Assembly (NCBI GenBank): GCA_032128375.1
Contig: JAQBGU010000055.1
Coordinates: 1 to 48,305, forward strand
From: Deltaproteobacteria bacterium
GTDB lineage: Bacteria; Myxococcota_A; UBA9160; SMWR01
DNA length: 48,305 nt
Direction: 5' to 3'
Shown here in pieces: positions 1 through 9,569 of this stretch. The translations under genes were made by a program, and so were the position numbers. The first letter of the stretch is position 1. The number at the start of each line of letters is the position of its first letter. The notes beneath the pieces were generated by a model. That model was not told the origin of the DNA, made no database searches, and worked only from the letters and a program-made list of their open reading frames with translations.

Positions 1-66
1 ATCGGTGAACGAGCAACCGGTCCGGTCCGCGCCCGAGGCGGGAAGTGCGAGGCAGAGCGAGTTTTA

Positions 67-158
67 TGGCGGAGAGGGTGGGATTTGAACCCACGGTACC
101 CTTGCGAGTACACCTGATTTCGAGTCAGGCACGTTCAACCGAGCTCCGCCACCTCTCC
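67..158 (-). tRNA. tRNA-Ser(CGA)
   Basis: Reverse complement reads GGAGAGGTGGCGGAG...CCTGA-CT-CGA-AA-TCAGG (anticodon arm), long variable arm, GGTTCAAATCC T-loop and encoded 3' CCA. Confidence 0.95.
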
Positions 159-445
159 AACAGGCCAACAGGCAAACGCTACCCTATCGCGCCACGTGCG
201 AGCCAGCACGTTGAGTGGACTACTATTGCGTGATTGTCGTGCTGGGTACGGTCTGCGGTGACGAGGAGGCGCGATTCGAGCCAGATTTTTCGCAACCGTC
301 GCCCGCTCGACGCTGCTCACGACCGCGCAGTCTCCGGGCCGCAGTACGCGGCCCCAACCGGCCACGACGTGACTATCGAGTGCAGTAGACCGCCGGAGCG
401 GCTACCCTGCTCGCCGCTCGGGATCGAACGATGGCGGAGGCATGT

Positions 446-685
446 TTGGCACGCGACGACCTGATACAAGCGAACGGAACCGTCGATAAAATTCTCGGCG
501 GCGGGCGCTACCAGATCACCCTCGAAAACGGCAAGCTGGTGACCGCGCAGCTGTCAGGACGGATGCGACGATTCCGAATCCGGGTCATCCCGGGTGATCG
601 AGTCCAAGTCGGAGTCTCTCCCTACGATCCTACTCACGGTTTCGTCACGTTCCGGCTCCGCGAGGGCCAGAACGCTCCCCGATAG
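446..685 (+). CDS. infA: Translation initiation factor IF-1
   Basis: LSGRMRRFRIRVIPGDRVQVGVSPYD is the IF-1 signature. TTG at 446 follows GGAGG (436-440); the ORF track starts at 431. Confidence 0.93.
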   Translation: MARDDLIQANGTVDKILGGGRYQITLENGKLVTAQLSGRMRRFRIRVIPGDRVQVGVSPYDPTHGFVTFRLREGQNAPR

Positions 686-734
686 GTCTGCGGCGCATAC
701 CTTCATGGATGGCCACGCAGTCAAGGGCAACGCA

Positions 735-1385
735 ATGCCCAGCCGGGTAGTGGTACTGTGCCTGAAAGCCATTCAGGCAGTTGACCGTTGGCGCTTGGGG
801 CGCCTGAAGCGGAAGCATCCGGGCTTGGAGATCCATCCGTCGGCAAGTACCAATCTGGCCGCGGCCCGCTACGACTTGGCGCCCGGGGCGCGGCTGCGCA
901 TCGAAGCGGGAGTCGTGACCGACCGTCTGGCCGGCGCGTTGCATTTCGCAGTCGAGGCCGGAGCGGTGATGGTGATCGGTGAGCGAACCTGGCTTCGCAC
1001 GGACGTCGGCCCCGTTCATCTGATCGCATTCGCCGGTGGGCGCATGACACTTGGCCCTGAAGGTTTGATCAACGGCTGCCATCTCAGCTGCAAGTCCGAG
1101 CTCAAGACTGGCCGTCGGGTTTGGATCGGCATGGGAAGTCGCGTGTTCGATTCCGACCAACACGATATGGACGCGGAGCGGCCGGAAGTCTCCGAGCCAG
1201 TCAGCATCGGCGACTACTGCTGGGTCGCATCGGACGTCACCGTGCTGCGCGGCGTGACGATTGGCGAGCACAGCATCGTGGGTACCCGTTCGCTGGTGAC
1301 CAACGACATCCCGCCGCACACGCTCGCTTTCGGAGCGCCAGCGAGACCCAGAGGTAAGGTGGGAGACCGCTCGAGCGGCCGTTAG
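735..1385 (+). CDS. Hexapeptide-repeat (left-handed beta-helix) acyltransferase, maltose/galactoside O-acetyltransferase-like
   Basis: C-terminal PVSIGDYCWVASDVTVLRGVTIGEHSIVGTRSLVTNDIPPHTLAFGAPAR. Start position is uncertain. Confidence 0.85.
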   Translation: MPSRVVVLCLKAIQAVDRWRLGRLKRKHPGLEIHPSASTNLAAARYDLAPGARLRIEAGVVTDRLAGALHFAVEAGAVMVIGERTWLRTDVGPVHLIAFAGGRMTLGPEGLINGCHLSCKSELKTGRRVWIGMGSRVFDSDQHDMDAERPEVSEPVSIGDYCWVASDVTVLRGVTIGEHSIVGTRSLVTNDIPPHTLAFGAPARPRGKVGDRSSGR

Positions 1386-1522
1386 AAGTGAGCTAGCGCT
1401 TCGCGGCCACTTCCCGCTTGCGCGCGAGCCAGCACCCGATGACCCGCCCGGCGATTCGTGCGAACCCAAGTGCCCAGCGACCCCGGATGGCGCCCCACGT
1501 CGAACCCAGTCACCCCGGGCGC

Positions 1523-2329
1523 TCACTCGGGAACCACCTCGCGGCTCATCCTTTCGATGCGGTCGAGCAGCGAACTCTCGGGATCCTCGTGATACTCGTT
1601 TCGGCGAACTCTTCCCCACATGCGCAGCATGTCGCGTCCCAGCCGCCACGATTCGAACCCCACGCTGAGCGTGCTCCTCGAGTCCTCGTAGATCACGCAG
1701 ACCGGGACTTCCGCGACCGGAGTTCCGATCTGCGTGGCTGCGATCAACAGCTCGATGTCGAACAGGAACCGGGCGTGTCGGACACGGCGAAACAACGAGA
1801 GTGCGACTTTGCGATCGAAACCCTTCAGCCCACACTGCGTATCGACAAACGGCAGCCCAGTCATCGCGCGGACCATCTTATTGAAAGTGATGCCGATGAC
1901 GTGGCGACTGCCTGCGTACCAGAGCGCATCGAAACGGGCCAGGATCTGGGATTCGTGACGCCTCCGGCATCCGATCACCGCCGGCGCGCCGGCCGCGAGC
2001 ATCTCGCCCAGGCGCCGGTAGCTCGCCAGATCGAATGGAATGTCCGCGTCGGTGAAGATTACCTGCGGCTGCCTGGCCGCGGCGATCCCGAGCACCACGG
2101 AGGCGCCTTTGCCGAGGTTCTGTGTGTTGCGAAGCAGTCGGATTTCGGGGATCTCGTGGACGCTTTGGTCGATGAATTCTCGGAACACGTCATCGCTCGC
2201 GTCGTCGACTACGATGACCTCGACGGGGTCGAACACCTCGGCCAGCGTCTCAGTCAGCTGCGGCAGCCGTCCACCGATCAAATCGCCGCTGTTGTAGGTC
2301 GGCAGAATCAGCGACACGCCGGACTTCAT
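1523..2329 (-). CDS. Glycosyltransferase family 2 (polyprenyl-phosphate glycosyltransferase-like)
   Basis: SLILPTYN, VIVVDDAS, NLGKG, FTDAD and DTQCGLKGF motifs. Confidence 0.9.
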   Translation of the reverse strand: MKSGVSLILPTYNSGDLIGGRLPQLTETLAEVFDPVEVIVVDDASDDVFREFIDQSVHEIPEIRLLRNTQNLGKGASVVLGIAAARQPQVIFTDADIPFDLASYRRLGEMLAAGAPAVIGCRRRHESQILARFDALWYAGSRHVIGITFNKMVRAMTGLPFVDTQCGLKGFDRKVALSLFRRVRHARFLFDIELLIAATQIGTPVAEVPVCVIYEDSRSTLSVGFESWRLGRDMLRMWGRVRRNEYHEDPESSLLDRIERMSREVVPE

Positions 2330-3243
2330 CGCGGTGCCTCTCGCTGTTCACCAACCGGCTTTTGAAATACGCCGAGCATCGCGTCGAAGCTCGGGATTGG
2401 AATGAGATCGCCGGGGACGACAGAGAGAAAGCGCGGAGTGAAGCCGAACTGCTGTCGGGTCCGCTGGTAGACGTACGACTTCGGGTAATAGAGCCAATAG
2501 TTGCCGACTCGGCCCGTGAGGCCCCGATCCGCGAACAAATGCACGAGGGATCGTCGGGTCCAGAAGTAGAGATGTTCGGGGGGTGTCAACAAGCGCCAGC
2601 GCACGCCGAGCAGTCTGGCGAGCCAGGAGCCAAAGTCGACGGTGGTCAAGATCAAAGTGCCACCCGGTGCGAGCACCCGAACCAGCTTGTCCGCTACGCG
2701 CCGCGGGTCGTGAACGTGCTCGAGCGCGTCGCCCATGAAGATCAGGTCGAAGTGCGCATCGGGCAATTCGACGTCCTCGACGAATCCCGCGTGGAAGGTC
2801 CGATCCTTGCCGGCGGCCCGCTCCCTCGCCTCCGGGCTGATGTCGACGCCCACCAGCTCCGACGGTGCGAAGCACTCCTGAACCGTGTCGAGAAAGAAAC
2901 CGTATGCGCAGCCTACGTCCAGTACGCGCTCGAATCGTCGACCGGGTGAGCGTTGCTCGATCTGGCTGAGAAATCGGCGATACATTCGCTTCAGACCCGC
3001 CTCGAGTTCCCAGTAGTCGCTGTGATATCCGGCTTGATCGTCGCTGTCGGGATCGTGTTGGTAGTAGGCGTTCGAGTAGAAGTCAGCGAGTTGGTCAGGG
3101 GTAGGCATCGGTACGACGGTTCCCAGCCCACAGTCGACGCAGCGAACGATCTCGAAATCGGACTTTCTGAATACGCGCTGGCACCGGGAATCGCAGGCGA
3201 TGCAAATCGATTCAGTCTGCGAGCTTCCCGCCTGTCGTGACAT
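2326..3243 (-). CDS. Class I SAM-dependent methyltransferase with N-terminal CxxC...CxxC zinc ribbon
   Basis: CIAC...CVDC, VLDVGCAYG and LEHVHDP motifs. ATGA overlap with the GT2 gene; start taken at MSRQAG. Confidence 0.88.
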   Translation of the reverse strand: MSRQAGSSQTESICIACDSRCQRVFRKSDFEIVRCVDCGLGTVVPMPTPDQLADFYSNAYYQHDPDSDDQAGYHSDYWELEAGLKRMYRRFLSQIEQRSPGRRFERVLDVGCAYGFFLDTVQECFAPSELVGVDISPEARERAAGKDRTFHAGFVEDVELPDAHFDLIFMGDALEHVHDPRRVADKLVRVLAPGGTLILTTVDFGSWLARLLGVRWRLLTPPEHLYFWTRRSLVHLFADRGLTGRVGNYWLYYPKSYVYQRTRQQFGFTPRFLSVVPGDLIPIPSFDAMLGVFQKPVGEQREAPR

Positions 3244-3411
3244 CTGCACAAAGATATCGCGTGGCTGGCCCAGTGTGTGGCTCAATTCCCGATCCAGCCT
3301 AGACGGGCGCGCACCAAGCTCCTCGGTCGCCTCCGTCTGGGTGCCTATGGCAGCGCGTCGGCTGCGTCCGGACGCGACGCGACCGTTTCGCTGTTGGGGT
3401 AGTCTGGCGGG

Positions 3412-4335
3412 ATGGGATTGCGAATCGCGTTTTTCGGTCAGGCCGCATTCGGCAAGGATGTGCTGGTCAAACTGGTGGAACAGGGACATGAGATCGTCGG
3501 CGTCTATGTTCCGCCCGAAGGGGTCCGACCTGACCCGTTGGCGGTCGAGTCTGCTGAGCGCAGCATCCGGCTGTTTCGCCACGAGCGATTTCGTCGCAAG
3601 GGAAACGCGATCGCCGAATGGGTAGCCGAGCACCGCGCACTCGGCGCAGATCTGAACGTGCTGGCGTTCGTTACGGCGATCCTGCCTCCCGAAATCGTCG
3701 ACGGCCCGACGCATGGGTCACTGTGCTTCCACCCGTCTTTGCTGCCGCGTTTCCGCGGTGGAGCGGCCCTGGCTTGGCAACTGATCAGCGGAGAACGCGA
3801 ATCCGGCGTGACGATCTTCAGGCCAGATGCGGGCGTCGACACGGGGCCGATCGTTGTCCAGCGCGGGGGCATCGAGATTGAGAACACCCACACAGCGGGA
3901 ACCCTCTATTTCGAACATCTCTACGGCCTGGGAGTCGACGCGATGGCCGAGGCCGTCGCCGCCGTCGCCGCCGGGACGGCAAGATACCTGCCCCAGGATG
4001 AATCCAAGGCCACGTTTCATGGGCTCGTGGGGGACACCGAGGCGCGCGTGGACTGGTCGCGCAGCGCGGTGGAAATCGATCGGCTCGTGCGGGGATGCGA
4101 TCCGCAACCCGGCGCCCACGCACACTTGGATGATCAATCGGTTCGGCTGTACGACGCGCAATGGGTCGATCGATCGCACTCGGAACCGGCCGGCACGTTG
4201 CTTGGGTTCGAGCAGGGGAAATTGCTGATTGCTGCGCGCGGGGGAATCGTGGCGGTCGGTCGGGTGCGCGTTGGGCCCGGGAAGAAGGTTTTGGCCGGCG
4301 ATGCCGGCCTCGAAATAGGACGACGTCTCAGCTGA
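3412..4335 (+). CDS. Formyltransferase family protein (Fmt-like / 10-formyl-THF hydrolase-like)
   Basis: CFHPSLLPRFRGG and DAGVDTGPIV motifs plus an Fmt-type C-terminal domain. The N-terminus (FFGQAAFG) differs from canonical Fmt FMGTP. Confidence 0.82.
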   Translation: MGLRIAFFGQAAFGKDVLVKLVEQGHEIVGVYVPPEGVRPDPLAVESAERSIRLFRHERFRRKGNAIAEWVAEHRALGADLNVLAFVTAILPPEIVDGPTHGSLCFHPSLLPRFRGGAALAWQLISGERESGVTIFRPDAGVDTGPIVVQRGGIEIENTHTAGTLYFEHLYGLGVDAMAEAVAAVAAGTARYLPQDESKATFHGLVGDTEARVDWSRSAVEIDRLVRGCDPQPGAHAHLDDQSVRLYDAQWVDRSHSEPAGTLLGFEQGKLLIAARGGIVAVGRVRVGPGKKVLAGDAGLEIGRRLS

Positions 4336-4546
4336 TTGTGCACTGGCGAGCAGGACTCTGCGCTCGACGCTCTGCCCCCCTCACGCCGCGAGACACCTCG
4401 GCGCAGCGCGTGTTCTCGCAACTTTCAACCGTTTCCGTTGAAAGAATTGGCATTTTACCAATGTGCCAAGTCTTCTCAAAGCCGGCTGCGTGCGCGCGGC
4501 GGCGCGGCCTGAGGCACAACTCGGGCCACAAATCAGCCCTGTCCGC

Positions 4547-4574
4547 TTGACATTTCTGCTCGATGCTTCAATCT
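4547..4574 (+). promoter_or_regulatory. Possible sigma70 promoter upstream of fusA
   Basis: TTGACA (4547-4552), 16-nt spacer, CAATCT. A second TACAAT lies at 4781-4786. Confidence 0.35.
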
Positions 4575-4834
4575 CCCACCTCTTCTGGCCGAAGGATGCG
4601 CCTATAGCACATCGAGTCTTCGGGCCCCCACGACGGATTCGATTCGAGTAGCCGCTTTCCCTCACAGCGAATATTGGGCAGACGGCCAGACGAGGGGCTA
4701 GCGGAGCTACCGTGCGGCAAATTGCACTGTCAGACCCGTTTCCGTGACACCCACTGAACAGAACAGGGACTCACGTCCAATACAATCCCGCTGCAGGGTT
4801 CCGGTGAGAACCCAGCGATCCGGTCGAGGCTGAG

Positions 4835-6928
4835 ATGAGCATCGAACTCGAAAACATTCGCAACATCGGAATCAGCGCGCATATCGACTCCGGCAAGACC
4901 ACTCTTACTGAGCGGATCCTGTTTTACACGGGTCGAATCCACGCCATTCACGAAGTGAAGGGCAAGGACGCGGTTGGGGCCACGATGGACTCGATGGAAC
5001 TCGAGCGTGAGCGCGGAATCACGATTCAGTCAGCCGCCACGTACACGATTTGGAACGATCACCACATCAACATCATCGATACGCCTGGCCACGTCGACTT
5101 CACGATCGAAGTCGAGCGTGCGCTCCGCGTACTCGATGGTGCGGTGTTGGTGCTTTGCGGTGTCGCCGGCGTTCAGTCCCAATCGATGACCGTGGATCGG
5201 CAGATGCGGCGCTACAAGGTCCCGCGGGTCGCATTTATCAACAAGCTGGATCGTTCAGGGGCGAACCCGAACCGTGTCGTCGATGGCCTGCGCGAAAAGC
5301 TGAAGCACAACGCCGTGTTGATGCAGCTACCGATCGGTCTCGAGGCCGACTTCAAGGGCGTCATCGACCTGGTCAGCATGTCGGCATTTTACTTCGAGGG
5401 CGACAACGGCGAACACCTCGTCGAGAAAGAAATCCCAGAAGGACTTCGCGACGAAGCGGAGATGGCCCGCGAGACGATGCTCGACGCCGTCTCGATGTTC
5501 TCCGATGAACTGATGGAGGCGATCCTCGATGACGAGGTCAATGACGATCTGATCCACGCCGCGACCCGAGCGGGCACGCTGTCGATGGACCTCACGCCAG
5601 TCTTCCTCGGCTCAGCCTACAAGAACAAGGGCGTCCAGAAGCTGCTGGACGGGGTTACCCGATACTTGCCGAGCCCGCTGGACATCGAGAACACCGGCGT
5701 GGACCTGTCGAACGACGAGGCGCCGCTGACGCTCGACAGCGATGTGAACAAACCGCTGGTCGCGCTGGCATTCAAGCTCGAAGACGGGCGCTACGGCCAA
5801 CTCACCTACCTGCGCGTCTACCAGGGCACAATCGGCAAAGGGACGACGATCATCAACAGCCGTACCAAGAAAAAGCACAAAGTGGGCCGGCTGGTGCGCA
5901 TGCACTCGAACGCGATGGAAGACATCACGACTTCGTCCGCTGGCGATATCGTCGCCTTGTTCGGCATCGACTGCGCATCGGGCGATACTTTTACCGATGA
6001 ATCGGTCCAGATCTCAATGACCTCGATGCACGTACCGGATCCGGTGATCTCCGTCGCGATCAAGCCCACAGACAACAAGAACCTCGACCAGATGGGCAAA
6101 GCCATCGGCCGGTTCGTCCGTGAGGATCCGACCTTCCGCTCGGAGGTGGATCGCGAGAGCGGAGAGACAGTTATTTCGGGCATGGGAGAGCTTCACCTCG
6201 ATGTGTACCTGGAGCGCATGAAGCGCGAGTACAACTGCGAGGTAGTGAGCGGACAACCCCAGGTCGCGTTCCGCGAGTCGATTACCCGCCGAGCCGAGTT
6301 CAGCTACACGCACAAGAAGCAAACTGGTGGTTCCGGCCAGTACGGCAAAGTGGCCGGCTATGCCGAACCACTCACCGGCGGAGATGAAGAGTTCGAGTTC
6401 GTGAGCGAGGTGAAAGGGGGCAATATCCCCACGGAATACATTCCCGCGGTCGAGAAGGGGCTGCGGGAGTGCCTGGTGAAGGGCCGACTGATCGGGTTTC
6501 CGGTGATCGGCCTCAGGGTCGTGATCCAAGACGGCAAGTCACACGCGGTCGACTCGTCGGAGATGGCCTTCCAAGCCGCGGGGCGCGGCGCGTTTCGTGA
6601 TTTTTACGGTCGCGCGAGACCCCAGGTGCTGGAGCCTGTGATGAAGCTCGAGGTCGAGGGCCCCGTCGAGCATCAGGGCGCCATCTTGAAGACCATCATG
6701 CAGCGTCGTGGTAACGTAATCGGCACCACGGAAGAGGCTGGGGTGTCCCGCATCGAATCGGAGGTGCCGCTTTCCGAGATGTTTGGCTACGCGACCGATC
6801 TGCGATCGATGACCCAGGGCACGGCTGAATTTACGATGGAATTCGCCCGCTACATGCCCGCTCCCGCAGAAGTCCAAAAGGAGCTGAAAGAAGAATTCAG
6901 CTCGAAAATCCCGGACGACGACGAATAG
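4835..6928 (+). CDS. fusA: Elongation factor G, mitochondrial-EFG1-like (spd) subtype
   Basis: [19 protein letters not shown] and NKLD motifs; [19 protein letters not shown] segment. Not flanked by rpsL/rpsG/tuf. Confidence 0.95.
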   Translation: MSIELENIRNIGISAHIDSGKTTLTERILFYTGRIHAIHEVKGKDAVGATMDSMELERERGITIQSAATYTIWNDHHINIIDTPGHVDFTIEVERALRVLDGAVLVLCGVAGVQSQSMTVDRQMRRYKVPRVAFINKLDRSGANPNRVVDGLREKLKHNAVLMQLPIGLEADFKGVIDLVSMSAFYFEGDNGEHLVEKEIPEGLRDEAEMARETMLDAVSMFSDELMEAILDDEVNDDLIHAATRAGTLSMDLTPVFLGSAYKNKGVQKLLDGVTRYLPSPLDIENTGVDLSNDEAPLTLDSDVNKPLVALAFKLEDGRYGQLTYLRVYQGTIGKGTTIINSRTKKKHKVGRLVRMHSNAMEDITTSSAGDIVALFGIDCASGDTFTDESVQISMTSMHVPDPVISVAIKPTDNKNLDQMGKAIGRFVREDPTFRSEVDRESGETVISGMGELHLDVYLERMKREYNCEVVSGQPQVAFRESITRRAEFSYTHKKQTGGSGQYGKVAGYAEPLTGGDEEFEFVSEVKGGNIPTEYIPAVEKGLRECLVKGRLIGFPVIGLRVVIQDGKSHAVDSSEMAFQAAGRGAFRDFYGRARPQVLEPVMKLEVEGPVEHQGAILKTIMQRRGNVIGTTEEAGVSRIESEVPLSEMFGYATDLRSMTQGTAEFTMEFARYMPAPAEVQKELKEEFSSKIPDDDE

Positions 6929-6948
6929 TCGTCCGCCGAGGAGGTCAT

Positions 6949-7638
6949 TTGTACACGAAGTTTATCAACGCGCGCAGTCCGCTACGTCTGCTCGAGAAGG
7001 GACTCCACGGGGGCTTGGGTTCGAGTAACCTCGGTGTCGTGATTGCTGGGCACGGTGTCGGCAAGGCGTCGTTTCTGGTGGGTGTGGCGCTCGATGAGCT
7101 GCTGCGCTCGGGGCGCGTGCTCCATGTGTCGATGGCGCACACGGTTTCTCACATTCGGGACCACTATGACACGGTCTTCGAAGAACTCGCTTCCACCACG
7201 CACCTCGAAGACGAGGCCCGAATCCACGCCGACATCGACCGCTGCCGCAGCATCCGGGTCTATCCGCGCAACTCGCTGACGACCGCCAAGCTGCGCGAAG
7301 CTGTGAAAATCGAAACCGAAGCGAACGGGCAGCCATCGCTGGTCATCATCGAAGGCCTTGATTTTGACGCTGCGTCGCGCGAAGACATCCTCGACATCAA
7401 GGACCTCGCCGGCGAACTCGCTGCTGAGGTCTGGTTCTCGGTGTCGTCGCACGACGAACGGATCGAGTCGATTCCAGCCGGAATCGTGCGGGTCGACGAC
7501 CTCGTCAGCGTGGTGTTGGCTTTGCAGCCCGGTGACGATGCGGTGATACTCCGCGCACTGAAGGACCACGGCAATGCCGACTTGTCCGAGCTGCACGTGG
7601 CGCTGGACCCCCGCACACTGCTGTTGACTCGGCACTAG
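6949..7638 (+). CDS. RecA/KaiC/DnaB-like P-loop protein with deviant Walker A
   Basis: GGLGSSNLGVVIAGHGVGKAS and LVIIEGLD motifs. GAGGAGG RBS before TTG, 20 bp after fusA. Confidence 0.75.
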   Translation: MYTKFINARSPLRLLEKGLHGGLGSSNLGVVIAGHGVGKASFLVGVALDELLRSGRVLHVSMAHTVSHIRDHYDTVFEELASTTHLEDEARIHADIDRCRSIRVYPRNSLTTAKLREAVKIETEANGQPSLVIIEGLDFDAASREDILDIKDLAGELAAEVWFSVSSHDERIESIPAGIVRVDDLVSVVLALQPGDDAVILRALKDHGNADLSELHVALDPRTLLLTRH

Positions 7639-7690
7639 TCCTGACCGGGTACTAGACAGTATTACGCGGTACCACGCTGTAACCACCCTA

Positions 7691-7775
7691 TACGACGCCG
7701 TACTACGCCGTACTACGCCGTACTACGCCGTACTACACCGTACTACGCCGTACTACACCGTACTACACGTAGTAC
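7691..7775. repeat. 10-bp tandem repeat (TACTACRCCG) x8 ending in palindrome GTACTAC-AC-GTAGTAC
   Basis: Read directly in the intergenic region between convergent genes. Confidence 0.95.
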
Positions 7776-7821
7776 AGCGCTAAGCCTACCGCCGCGATCA
7801 TCGACAGTCTGTGGTCGATGG

Positions 7822-8340
7822 TCATTTGAGCTGGAATTCCGCGAGTTTGTCGCGGTATTGGCCGCGTAGAGAGTTGGCTTCCAGTCGGGTGAATCCCAGT
7901 TCTTCGGCGATTGCGACGATCTCGGCGCTCTCGTCGGTCGTAATGGATCCGTCGGCCGCGGCAACTGCGTACAGGCACTGCAACATCGCACCGCGTTGTT
8001 CGCGGGTCGATATGTTGCGGAATTCGCGGGTGACGAGATAGTTCTCGGTACCGCCGAGAAGGCGCGATTGCGACTTGGCGATTTCGACCGCAAGCGCGGC
8101 CTCACTCTCGGAAAGACCAGACAGCGCGCGAAGGCAGCGCCGCATTTCCTCGGTTTCCGACTCGTCGATTTCGAGGTCGGCGTTGGCGATGCGGGCCAAG
8201 ACGTATGCAAAAGCCGCCACGAACTTCGCCTTTTCGCGGTCGAGTCGTTCCAGCTTTTCGGCGATCCTGCGAACCGTCGCCGTATCGCCCTTCTCGCTAT
8301 TCGATTCTCCCCCGAGGCCGAGGAAGCGGAGCAACGCCAC
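7822..8340 (-). CDS. TerB-family (tellurite resistance/DjlA N-terminal-like) protein
   Basis: Two repeats, ARIANADLEIDESE and YAVAAADGSITTDE. GTG start after GGAG. Confidence 0.8.
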   Translation of the reverse strand: MALLRFLGLGGESNSEKGDTATVRRIAEKLERLDREKAKFVAAFAYVLARIANADLEIDESETEEMRRCLRALSGLSESEAALAVEIAKSQSRLLGGTENYLVTREFRNISTREQRGAMLQCLYAVAAADGSITTDESAEIVAIAEELGFTRLEANSLRGQYRDKLAEFQLK

Positions 8341-8380
8341 TCTGATCTCCGTGTCTACTTGAAACTTGGATGCGCGGGGC

Positions 8381-9210
8381 TCAGCCGCCCGCGAAGTACG
8401 CCTGGGCTTGGATGGCCTCGCCGATTCGCCGCAAGCCCAGCGTTTACGCGGCGTCCCGCACCGAACCTTGTTCGCTCTCATAGATATCCCAGATTTCCGA
8501 AAATGCTCGTGACAGCGCAATTTCGAGCTTTTCGCGCACCTCTTCGAGACTCCACGAATAACCCTGGAGGTTTTGCACCCATTCGAAGTAGCTCACGGTC
8601 ACGCCGCCCGCATTCGTCAGCACATCGGGGAGCACCATGATGCCGCGATCGCGAAGCTTGTCGTCCACTGTTCCGACGATCGGTCCGTTGGCGACTTCTG
8701 CGATGATGCGAGCCTTGATGCGATCGACGTTGTCAGCAGTTATGACGCCCTCGCCGGGAGCCTTCACACGCTTGATGGTTTCATACTCGTCCCTCATCCA
8801 CCCCATGATGCGCGCATTCGTGTAGACATCCGGAGCCGGAATGTCTACGGCCGGACCCACGACGTCTGCCATTGCCCTCATGTAAGCGCGCGACAACCTT
8901 TCCAACTCGAGGTTCGAGAGTTCCTTGGGGTTGACGACTACGCCGCCCTTTCCTCCACCATACGGGAGCCCAACCACCGCGCACTTGATGGTCATCCACA
9001 GCGCAAGCGCCTTGACCTCTTCGAGCGTGACGCCCGGGTGAAACCGGATGCCACCTTTCGCGGGACCGAGAGCATCGTAAGTGTCTTCCAATACGTCCAA
9101 CGATGACATCGGCGGCTCCAGTCCGGCGCGCACGAGGCTCCGCCCGTGCTCAAGTTTGGCCGCAATTCTACCGACTCGCGCCCACAGATACTCCAACAGC
9201 TCTGATTGAT
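8381..9210 (-). pseudogene. gdhA: Glu/Leu/Phe/Val dehydrogenase pseudogene (internal deletions and premature stop)
   Basis: [29 protein letters not shown] and [15 protein letters not shown] are present, but the TGKP/GxGxxG block is missing. TAA at 8444-8446 is followed by in-frame TLGLRRIGEAI. The 5' boundary is approximate. Confidence 0.88.
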
Positions 9211-9428
9211 CGGCGTTGGCACTCGGGCCAGCCTGCAATAGCTTTGCGCGATGCGTTTGATGCGAAGTCGCACATGTGTCAGTTGGCGCATCGGCCTGGC
9301 GGGACCGAGTGGCACGGTGTCACTTCGGCGATCGCAGCTGATGCTCGGTGCGCGGATCACTCCGTACTTCGGCCTCCTACAGGATAGCTGTGTCCAGAAT
9401 CCGGGAGTTCGATAGCGAGTAGAAACCA

Positions 9429-9444
9429 TTTGATTCGAATCAAA
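9429..9444. promoter_or_regulatory. FNR/CRP-type box TTGAT-N4-ATCAA within a perfect 16-bp palindrome
   Basis: TTTGATTCGAATCAAA upstream of the gdh remnant. Confidence 0.6.
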
Positions 9445-9569
9445 CGACCTCCCGGGATGGATCCCGGCAGGCCGTTTCGTATTTCAGCATCGTCTTCGCC
9501 GGGGTCGAAGTGGAGCGACCCGCACTACAGCGACACCCACTACAGTAATACACCATATAGAGTGATTGA

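Noticed and set aside
67..158. tRNA-anchored genomic island
   Set aside because: No integrase and no duplicate of the tRNA 3' end noticed. The 3' end points out of the window, so that side cannot be assessed.
645..1835. Long antisense or alternate-frame ORFs (also 9696-10829, 13087-14133, 16061-17083, 25604-26557, 35761-36753)
   Set aside because: They shadow well-supported genes, are Arg/Pro/Ala-rich and lack motifs, as expected in high-GC DNA.
7691..7775. CRISPR array
   Set aside because: Units are 10 bp and contiguous, with no unique spacers and no cas genes.
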